64,000 nucleotides of DNA, from assembly GCF_964204645.1 (NCBI RefSeq), contig NC_134030.1:19738210-19802209 (forward strand), in the 5' to 3' direction. This document shows, piece by piece, positions 36,401 to 47,187 of the stretch. The position numbers were made by a program, and so were the translations under genes. The notes under the pieces were generated by a model. That model ran no database searches. It had not been told where the DNA came from and saw only the letters and a program-made list of their open reading frames with translations. The DNA is from Tubulanus polymorphus (lineage: Eukaryota; Animalia; Nemertea). Positions within the stretch are counted from its first letter, which is position 1. Every line of letters starts with the position of its first letter.

Positions 36401-39400
36401 GTCGTCGTATTTAATTGTTTGTTCCAATAGATTTGATCATGTGTCAGTACTGCTACCGCAAATTCAACGTTAAAGTCGCCGGTAAACACATCCAGTTCTG
36501 TCAACGCAAAATGAAAGAGAACGGTCGCCCGATGAACCCGCTCGGTAAAACCGCCGAGGCTCGTGATTACTGCAGTAAGAACTACACGGCCAGAGAGGTA
36601 ATTCCACACGCAATTCACCTCTCGCAGCCTCTGCGTACAATGTCTCAAATATCGAAAAAAAATATATTATGAAGAAATACTTAGGGGGTAGTTGCGTTCG
36701 TTTCTTTTCAATTCTGTTAGCCATTCAAAAATGAGATAGATAGTGTCATCGTTGAGTTGAAACGTGAAATACTCTCATAATTTCCCCTAATGGTTGTAGG
36801 TATTTTCTTCAATTGAAATACACGGACAGTCTCACTTATCACGATTGATAGAACACTAAATCCGTGTTGACGCGATGTAGAGAGAATCCCACAATGATAA
36901 TAAAAAGTCCGAAAATGTAACTTCGAGATAGTTTCGACTATATCCTAATAGTCATCTTCAGGAATAATTCCTGAAGATGACTATTAGGACATAGTCGATA
37001 CGTTGAATAAACTACTAAGCTCAAAGTAACTCGAAGCCACTCGCTATTCATAGTCGGTTTCGTTCACCCTTGAAGAATTGTGGCTACGGGCCTGAAATCT
37101 TAATCGAATTTGATCAAAATTTCAATCATTATTTTTCAATTCCAGTACGCTAAAACCATACCTAAACCGGGTTCCGCTAAAAGCCGCCATCACCGCAATA
37201 AGAACAGCCAACCGAATATCGACGACATGGAAGGCGATGAGGGCCAAAATGGCGCCGCCGGTAGCGAATACGGACCGACAGAGGCGCCAAATAACATCAA
37301 CCAATCAGGTGATGAATATTCTAATCATTATCACGATGAGACAAATGATAGAAGTGAAGAGGAGATATTTTTTCCGCCGATAAATACGAGTTGGTTTTTT
37401 ATGGGTAAGAGTGTGTGCAGCGCTCTATACGCACGTGCCCGGTTTTATCGACTATAGAAGGACTATGGAGTCAGAGTATAGAGGGGGTAATTACAAAGTT
37501 ATCTTAAACAATGGCGGCCTATTTAACCGGCCCGACTATCTCGGCGGTAGATTGAACAATAGACTCTAGAACGAACGTTTTAGAATTCATGATTGAATAT
37601 ACAAATTATGAGTAGTTGTAATATGCACTTATATATTACTTATATTTGTATGTACCAAAGTGTCTCTGACGATAAACATATATCTGTTGCTATTATTTTG
37701 CAAATGACGACCTTCTCATTCTCAATAACTTCAACGATTCAGTGAAGCTATGATTAGTTGCTTATTGACGGCCATCTCATTCTCAATGACTTCTAAGATT
37801 TAGTGAAATGATGGCACATTCTCTCTTTGTGGGGGGGGGGGTCTATAAAACCAGGCACTGCTGTGTTAACGGCTGTGGCTCGCTCCCCGTAATGCTTTAT
37901 TTATTATGAATATCTACGTTAACTTAGGTACATGTATAGTGATAATATATTTTTAACGAGGAACTAATCCTTGGCTTAAACGGTAACTTTTCAACAAGAA
38001 TACAAGAGTGGACCAGCGTTCAATTTCGAGATAGTTAGGCCCTCATAATGTATAACACATGACCAGCCCCGAACTAAATGCGGTTTGAGGGTTCACGTAA
38101 AAAATCTTTAGCCAGAACTTCGATTCTTATAAAACTATTTATAGGCCGTTTGGAGGAATTTTTGGGTTGAACTTAGAAGAGTTTTGTTTAGACTAGACCT
38201 TCAGAAGTAAATGAGAATACACCATTAACCCGAAGCCCCGAGCCTACGAGGATTGTTTAGACATAAGTTCTTCTCGCGAATGTGTTATCCGCAGTGTATA
38301 TTTGTGTTTAGCTTTATGTCGTTCAGATCTTGGTTTCCCGGGAACTTGTAGAGTTATCAGACTTATAACTCCTAGTTTATAGGTTCTTGCCCTATAATCG
38401 TAGTGTTCATTCAACTTCACGACTGGACCGCGCGGTCTTTGAAGTTGTTACCCGTACACTAGCTGTAAGCAGCCAACAGGACTCGAACCCGCTCGTTACT
38501 GTGAGCTACGAGCAATCATCGCATTGCCCTTAGCGAATGCAACAGCATCCCAACTGATCCCGCTGAGCCACTAAAAAGCTTTTCGAAATGTTCTTGTCTA
38601 CTATTCGAGCTATTAAACCGGTAGCATATAACGCGAATATTTATCTGAAGATATTAAATGTTTGTTAGTGGCAACGTATTCGCTTGATAATCAAATATAC
38701 TACTATAAGGCTATAGCGGCCAGTAGCGGTGAACATTCGCTTCTAATACGAGAGACTATTAACCTTTAGTAAACATATCAGAGTCTCTTAGCTTTCCTTA
38801 TGTGAAAGGTGTTTAATTGCGTTCCCGCCGATGAAGAGTACGGCTGGACAAGTGCTTCCGCTTCCAGATGGCGTTACTGGCAGTCGGTTTAACGTCAAAG
38901 CCGAAATAAGTTCTTTTCGAATTCAAAAAAGTGATAGATCGTTGTCAGGAAATTGACGGTGTTTCTTGCCCTTATTCTATTAAATAGATGGCGCTGCGCA
39001 GCCTACTAGGACCGGTCTCTACCCGACCAGAACGAGAAAGACATCGATCGGCAGCAACCCGGGCTCTAGGCTGTTTTCAACTCGAACGAAACCGACACAA
39101 ATTGAGTAAGTTAAAAAAATTTGCTTCAGCAAAAAAAGTCAGGTTGTAAATTGTCAATATCCGAGGCAGCGTAAACCCGCGAAACGGGCAGTTACCTGTC
39201 AAATACTCTGTAAAGGCCTATAGCAAAATCCTTGTCAGTCGCACATGCAGGATTCTACATTGAATGGATGTAACAATGATGTTTGCATAAACGGCAATCG
39301 ATTCCTAAATTTCAGGGGGCGCCCCTGCTACCCGGTGATGCCCTAGAGTATTTATATCCAAATAGAAACTATCAGGGACTTGGTGATCTATGATCAGATG

Positions 39401-39636
39401 ATCTATGGATTAGAAAGAGCATAACAACTTGGAATTATTTGTTTTTTTTTTCTGCTTCCAGCGTCAACGCCCAGCCATTCGCTTCCTGTCGACGCGCCAG
39501 CGACGGTAATCCCGTATTCAGTGGCGCCGCCTGTCAGCACTGCGTAAACCAATATGGCGGCAACGTAGCGCGTTTCGCTTGTAGTTGCGGTCTGAAAAAA
39601 TCCGTTAACATCGATCCGAACGACAACCTACTATAG
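33412..39636 (+). CDS. J-domain (DnaJ/Hsp40 class C) protein with two C2HC zinc fingers and a C-terminal Cys cluster (ZC2HC1-like)
   Basis: Exons: 33412-34333 (KDHYKTLG...KAYRQLARVYHPDKN...FKQIGGAYEVL), 34994-35061 (CTYCGRQMKSEMM), 35571-35793 (LKHEPRC...RRQEHEDFINLMRQCRK), 36431-36597 (CQYCYRKFNVKVAGKHIQFC), 37146-37308 or 37404, probable ~38988-39106, 39462-39636 (CQHCVNQYGGNVARFACSCGLKK). Phases are consistent up to 37146. The junction into the last two exons is unresolved. Confidence 0.8.
36108..36319 (+). repeat. ~210-bp dispersed repeat, inverted copy at 40447-40647
   Basis: Near-identical reverse-complement sequence. Confidence 0.8.
36925..37012. ncRNA. Head-to-head pair of minimal hammerhead-ribozyme-like motifs (Penelope-type repeat)
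   Basis: CTGAAGA-T-GACTAT-N6-ATAGTC-GA(A/T)AC on both strands. Degenerate copies at ~1070-1160 and ~41695-41750. Confidence 0.45.
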
Positions 39637-42239
39637 ATATAGGTCGTAGCGCCGTCTATCGGCTTAAAAGTTCTGCATTTAGTTATTGTTTTATACGCAT
39701 TGTGTTGTAGCGCCTATCGATCTTGCAGGTGTGTTCTGATTTTTAAGGCGTAGACGCCATATTGGATGGCTAAAACCTCGGGGTAGTCAAATGATTACTC
39801 CAGGCTACGAGCAATCATCTCAATGCTCGTAGCTCCAAGGCAAAACCAACATGTTTACTTGATACTCGAATTGGTTCTCGGTATCGACTCAGTGAAATAG
39901 TGTTGGCCACGGTTTTATCCAAATTATTCAATAGCCTTTTTAAACAAAAAAAAGAAGATATTTCCCTTTTCCTAAACCCGGTTCCGGAGTCATGGCTTAG
40001 ACTTGAGACCTGTCTAAAACCAACTTAGTTCTATTGCCAATCTAACAACTTAAGACCAGATCTAAGATTTAAGACCAATTTTGGACTTAGGTCTCGACTA
40101 TGGAACTGAGTCGAATAGATTGTTATTTTTGCAATTTATATGAAGTAACAGTTTATGTAAAATTACGTATGTGAGCAAAAGGATGTAACATCAATAATTG
40201 TGGTTTGTTAAGGCTTGGAGTAATCAGACTGATTACTCCAAGGTTAAGGCGTCGGTCTATACATCGTAACCGCTTTTTATATGTGCTACGTTTTCAAAAT
40301 AGAATTTTCAGCAGATTTTGTAAATTTTGTAAAAGTGTTTTCAAATTCAATCAAAATTGACTGTGATACGTATTTTATCAGAAATATTGTATGCTCGCGC
40401 ACTTCGCATTTAGATATGTATTGTTAGGTCGACTTTTAACGAGCTTCCACCAGCTATAGTGCCATCAACTATCCCACCAGATGACGCACCGGTGAAACAC
40501 GTTCTAGACTTTCTTTGTTTCCAGGGCCGTACAGCATTTGAATTATTTTTTGTGGGGGGGGGGGGGGGCAGAGACCCGAAACAGGGCACTTACCTATGCA
40601 AAGAAAAGCCGATATAGCGATTCTACTTATAGGCCCTAACAATAACTGCCAATAACGAGAATCTCGGTCCAAGTGAAGGGTTCTATATTTCATTTTATAT
40701 TGATAGAACAGTAATATTTTCAAGAAGGGCTCTTTTCCAAAATTGCCCCTCCCGATAGACCCCTGCTTTACGGCCCTCTGTTGCAGTCGTGGCATAAGTC
40801 CAAAACTTAAGACTTAAGAGGTCTTAAGTCTGAGCTATGGCTATGCAACCGGCCCTGGTTTCAATTTGAACTGTGATCATTTTGTTTTCATGTTGCGAAC
40901 TGTTTTTATATAATTCACTTTTCCTAAGGTGGCTTTCTTCTTATCGGGTCTATAACCATGGATACTATAAGACTGGATTAACTGATAATCTTTCTTTACC
41001 AAAGAAAACTGAGGAACATATAGAATATATGTATTCGTCAACGATAACTATTAATCTTATAATCTGTTTAATCCGTTAATCGTTTTGGATTTACTTATCT
41101 CATACGCGTTATGTAGATAATCTGATTAGATTTCCCTAAAGAACCAACTTCATAAAAACAGCAACAGTGTCAATCTACAACAGGGCATTACGGAAGCCTA
41201 GGATCAATTCAAGTGCTGATAAAAATATTTTTGTCAAATGTCTGCTTTTTGTAGTTTATCCTTGATAATTGAATATGTCTTTTTAACCCAGGGGAGCCAG
41301 AACATCAGTTTTTGTGAAAGTGTGCTGATAAATGTCTAATGTCTGGTGTTTGTAGTTCATTTTCAATTAAAAATGTCTCAGATGAAGTACTGAACACATG
41401 TGAAGTGTGGACGATCAGTTTTTTGAAAGTGTGCTGATATAGATGTCTAATGTCTGGTGTTTGTAGTTCATTTTCAATCAAAAATGTCCCAGGTGAAGTT
41501 CTGAATGCATTTGAAGTGTGGACAATCAGTTTTGAAAGTGTGCTGACAAAACTTACTTCATTTTCAATTCTGAATTTTAGATAATTTGTGTTTTAAAGTA
41601 CTCGATTGACCATAGATAAAACACTATTAGAGTTGTGACGATAGCGAGAATTCCACAATGATAGCGCGAGAAAGACAAAGTCCGAAAATGTTTTCAGTAT
41701 TCCTGAAGTGGACTATTAAAATATAGTCAAAACGCTTCGATTAAACTACTAACGCAGAAAACTTTTTTGGACTTTTTCTTTCGGTTATCATATTGCGGAA
41801 TTCTCACTTTATACATAAAATGGATATTTTGGTTCCGTTTCGTGTAAACAATTTTCCATCCAGCCTGATCGGGGTTAGGTGCACGTACTCTACTAAAATA
41901 ATGGAATTCATATTTTCTGAAAAACATCGCTATCCAAACAATGGCGATGACCTTAGATTTGTCTGCGCGCTATCCATTCAGAATTAGATGTTTGCCCCCG
42001 GGCGCGAACTAATTAGGTCATTACATTCCTAATTAACTCCATTAATGCATCAATCTTCCTAATAAAACGTTTGTCGGGGGTCAGATATTGATCTTAATCG
42101 TTTTCTCGCCTCAAACACATAACTTTCAATTCACGCAAGGCAAACATTCTAATCGGACAATGGGCGACTGGGTCCGAGCGCCGGGTAATTCCGATCTGTG
42201 ATTACGGATCAAACTTCCTAATCAGGTCACACACACACA

Positions 42240-42449
42240 CACACGTATCGGGCGGATGGGCTCAGAGTTAAAACGCCGACGCTTCGGGACGGTCCAGTCA
42301 CAATCATATACAACATCAACACTGGCAACACGCGAGACGTTTCGTTCCTGCATCGTCAAATGTTCAACCCGATAGAATTCCAGGAAAACCCTTTCGTCAA
42401 AGCCCGTTTGATACGGAATTTTTATTATTGTTCATTTGCTTTATGAAAG
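42240..42449 (+). other. Candidate non-coding first exon of the TALE gene
   Basis: Strong donor AAG|gtaaga at 42449, downstream of a TAAT/Sox-motif-rich region. A matching acceptor lies at 47124. The start is approximate. Confidence 0.35.
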
Positions 42450-45400
42450 GTAAGACGATTTTGATTTACTTGTTATCTTTGGCTCTAAATTCCACAGTGG
42501 TGTCAGTTGGTTTGATTTAACTCTGAATCCAGTTCCACGGTTATGTTGGTTTAATTTGACTCCGGACTCAGTTCTAGACTTGTGCTAGGTTAATTCAACT
42601 CTGAATCAAGTCCCACTTGGTAAATTTGACACTGGACCAAGTTCCACAGTTGTGTAGGTTTAACCTAACTCTTAATCCAGAATTTTTATTAAGATCTTCA
42701 GTTGTTAAACGTGGTGTTTAAGTTATTTTTGATTATCATAGAGTAAAAAACCTCATGCCTTACAAAATCGAACACGGGGTAGAACTCTATACCAAATGAA
42801 ACCCCAGCAAAAGCCACACTTTATGGGAGGATTATGTTATGTTTGCAAAGATTGTGCTTTTCACTTATGATGTTGGATATTGCGTATGAAATATATTTTC
42901 TGATCCGCCAGTAAATAGAAACGTCGAAGTTGAAGAGTGTTATATTTCCGTCCAAACTTGTAAAAACTAAGGCATCAGAAATGTATAAGCCAGATTTTGC
43001 AGATTTTTTAAAGTTAAAAGACACGTTACAAAAATATTTTTACGTTAATATATACATGTATGATAGTTTTTTTTTCTGTTTTTCAATTAGTATTTCATTT
43101 GTGTATGAAATAAAATTGTCTGATTCACACGAAAATAAGAAAAGTGCTTTCAATATTCGGTCTAACAACTTTTGATTCCTCTGAAACATTTCGACCCAAA
43201 ACTCGCTCCAAACCAGTTGATCGTTCAATAATGCGCTATAAAACCGTGTTTGACCCGAGAAGGGTCAGGGGGAATAAAGCCGAATGCTTTTTTTTCTATA
43301 CACCTTGGGGAATCGATAATTATCAAAGTCCTCAAAAACTCTAGGACCCTTCGTTGACTCTTTTAAAGCCTCTCGCTAGTGTCATATCCGGTTGTCTAAA
43401 TTGACAGAGCGCCTTTTTCCGAGTATCGCCGTTTCACGTTTCTCATTGTGCAAATGTATTATTTCCAACAAAAGGCCTTTTCAATTCTCGCATCGACTAG
43501 GTCGTAGGGTCGACTCTATTCAAGATGTTGATAATTTGACATTTTGTCTATTTCCATTTCGACTCTCGGGAGCGTGTACGTCTCTGTTTGATAGTGGTTT
43601 TTATCGATGGGAGTGGGTACCTGAATAGTTCTTGTTGTATTGCGTGGTTTAAGGGCCGCTGGCTGATCTACACTTACGGAATTTGATCATCGTAATAACA
43701 AAACAACGCGAGTTTGAATTGGCAAAGGATGGTTTGAACAGGCCTCATCCGAGTTATATAACTAATTGGATGATACGGGGAAGGCAAGCTGAGTGTTGGT
43801 TATATAATACGATAACGAAAACGTTTCTTCAAGTAAAAGGTAACATATATTTCTTGATGTTTATCGCGGAATAACAGCGTGTTGCATGCACGATTGGGCG
43901 CGCGTTCTGGTATCCATGGTTTTAACATTTTTACAATCGCATGCTCCCTATACAACTTCTTGATTCCACTCCATCTAAACGGTAAATGCTTTTAAATGTG
44001 CTTGAAACCACTTTAATTATTTGAGCAAAATGTCAGAAACTACTCAAAAACTCATACCAAGGAACGCAGGCAATTAGATACTTAAGAAGTTAAACATTGG
44101 CCTACGCCTAAATCGGTAAAGTTGGAACCAGGATCTTAATGTTGCCCAATTTTAAGCGGGTATCGAATACCAAGTTTAGGTAGAGTTAAGGGATAAATAT
44201 TTGTTTACCAAATAACCGAATTACCGTTTTACCAAAGATAAACAGGACCGATTTAAGATGAGTATACAGCAATAGGGATATGTGATGCAGACGCTTCCAC
44301 GAAATTTGAAATTTCTCCTTCAAAACTCCTTATATCCAGGAATGACCATGTGGAGATCCTGAATCTGATTCCTTGTCCGAAGCGAAGTTCCTCGCATAGC
44401 GGGCTCCATATTCAATGCAGCAAGTAACTACTGGTGGGACTATACATAGGGCCAAATTGGGTTTTCGTATCTAGTCGGCTAGTGGTCGGGACTAATAACC
44501 GAATGCGCTTGATTTTTGAACTATTTCCGGAATATAGTTCCGACTAACGGACATTCGGTTTCGTTTAGTTCGACTATAGTCGACTAACTCAGATAACCGA
44601 AGGTGGCCTAGGGTGCTACTATTTTGCTCAATCATTTGGGTTCGATTTGGTTAAATTCCTAAATGAATTGAATATCTAAAAGATTTGTTTCCATAGTAGA
44701 ACTCATTTAATTCAGATTCTCCGGATTTTAACCAAATTCGGATGAAATATTCGGTCCATTTAACCTAGAACCGGGTTGGTAAACTATTATTCATAATTCA
44801 GATTGTGTTGATTCGAAGAAATCCGGACAGTCCCTACAGTCATCCGAATAAATCAAATTAGTTCTACCAATGGACGTATAAACTAGTTCATACGTCCATG
44901 TTCTACCGTAATTGATTCGTGTACAATAGATCCGAGATTTTTGAACACGTGTTTTCCAAAATTATTTTCGATAAAAGGATATGTATATAAGTTGCGAGTT
45001 GAAAAATGAATTGTGGGACAAAAACGACTTTTTCTAATTATTTTCAAACGGAACATTTTCAATCGATTCAGTTCCACACCCGGTATTGCTGTAACGATAC
45101 CCGATATCTGATTCAAAAAGGAATTTGTGTGGTTCCCCGAATGCAAATTATAAATTTGCTGGCATCGACAATTTCTGGTTTTCGGTAATGACCTTTCTAT
45201 TCCCTAGAATGTCTCTGGACAGGCATACTAGGGAATAATCGAGACTTAGAAAACGGCCGTCGGGCCAAGCGGGCGTCCTAGAGTCCTAGGCTCTTCAAGA
45301 ACGGGTCCCTCGAACCTTGTTGAAAATTCAGACCGGCCGTGCGTCGAAAATTCCGGTACCTAACGATAACATTTTAATAAACATGTCATCAAAACATGCC

Positions 45401-47187
45401 CGTCGGCACGGCGTGGCGTGGCACGGGATTCGAACCCTCGGGCCAGCCGGAACGCGCGCGCCAAACTGCACCGTAACGTGCTGCCATCTACGGTCGGACG
45501 CGCCGATTACGATTACCGTGTCAACACGTGAAGGAATTCTCATCTCAGGTGAAACAAGTTCTATTCGTAGGATTTATAACCGATTAATCGTCACCTATCA
45601 ATCATCAGTGATATCTCAAATAGTCTATCGTTGATTTGATAGTACTTACAGCAGCTGTTATATCAGATAATATCTCAAATATCAACTTTGAAACGGAGCT
45701 GTGTTTAGTCTGCGCGAACTACATTCAAAACTCTTACTATATGAGAGTAGTAATTACTCTGTTTACGCCTCATTTACTTCAAGTAATCAAAAAACTCTCA
45801 AAATCAGAATAATTTCTAGTTCATTGTCAATTAAACTACAGTTTTTGGTGTAAAATTATTCATGTTGCATTCTCCTTTTGGTAGGCAGGATTTGAGCGGA
45901 ACGACGACTGACGACACGACAACATCCCTTTAGAGACTAAGCCACGGCCCAAAGCCTCCCTGCCATGACCGAGTGCGCCACAGGGACTTGACACAACAGG
46001 GGCGTTGGAAGCAATTTTTGATTGCTGCGACCAAATGCCGATTTTGGACAGGTTCTAAATATTGCCGCGGCGAATTTACTGAATTTCTTCGAAAATGTGA
46101 TATTCAAAGAAAAAAAAACGTCATTCAGTAAATTATTGTAGCCACGGCTTTCACTGCTGCAGTTGCTGCACTTTCAACGCTGCTGCATTCCCAACGCCAC
46201 TGCACAAAACGATTTTGACCCCAGTATCCTAGTTAATATATCTAAAAAAGGACTTTTTATGATACTGGGGTCAAAATCCTTTTGTGTCAAAGTCCCAGGT
46301 TTCCCTCAGAAAACTAGTGGCACCGTTCAGATTGCGCGTTGTATAATCGCTGGGCAAAATTTACAGTTGACTATAGCTGAAAAAATCCGGGCTAAAATTG
46401 GATATCTGATTGGTTGATAATGACATCATATTTTAAGCTGCGCATGTAGCTGTGTGCTCGGTCTAGTGTGGCAGGGTTTCCTACCTGCTGGGGGATGATG
46501 TTGTTTTTGGTGCAAACTATCGATCCAAGAGGAGCTTGAGATATCAAGAATGGGAATTTGACAAATATTCTACGAAAAACCTTGGAAACTTAAAGGGGGA
46601 ATTCGGATAATGCTTTTGACCAGGTGTTTCTTTATCAATGAAAAACGAATGAATTATCGCATTTTAAACCTAGAAATTTATCTGATTCACTCGGGGAATT
46701 TTGTTTTATAACATCAGGCAAAACTTGGGTAATTTCTAAATTTACCTGGAAATTAAGCGACCAGCTTGACGGGGTTCCTTTAGCCCGTAAAATACCCTAA
46801 CATTCTGGGATTCCTTTGTTCAGGGCAGAAATACCCTAAAATTCTGCCTTTGACACCTACCTCAGGCCCCTAAAATACCCCTAAAATTCTGGGATTCCTT
46901 TGTTCAGGGAAGAAATACCCTAAAATTCTGCCTTTGACACCTACCTCAGGCCCCTAAAATACCCCTAAAATTCTGGAAATCATGAATGTGATGCTTTGTA
47001 AAACATCATTATTGCAGGCTGCTATATTCGTTTGAATTGTCTTAAAGTTACTAGCTCAATTCAGGCTGATATTTTCCAGAGAAAAAACCGTAAACGCGAA
47101 TATTTTATTTCTTTCAATTTCAGTCGAAGTTCCATCATTCCGAGGAAAAGCGAGTAACAAAATCAGACGCGTGGATATTGTTAAACG

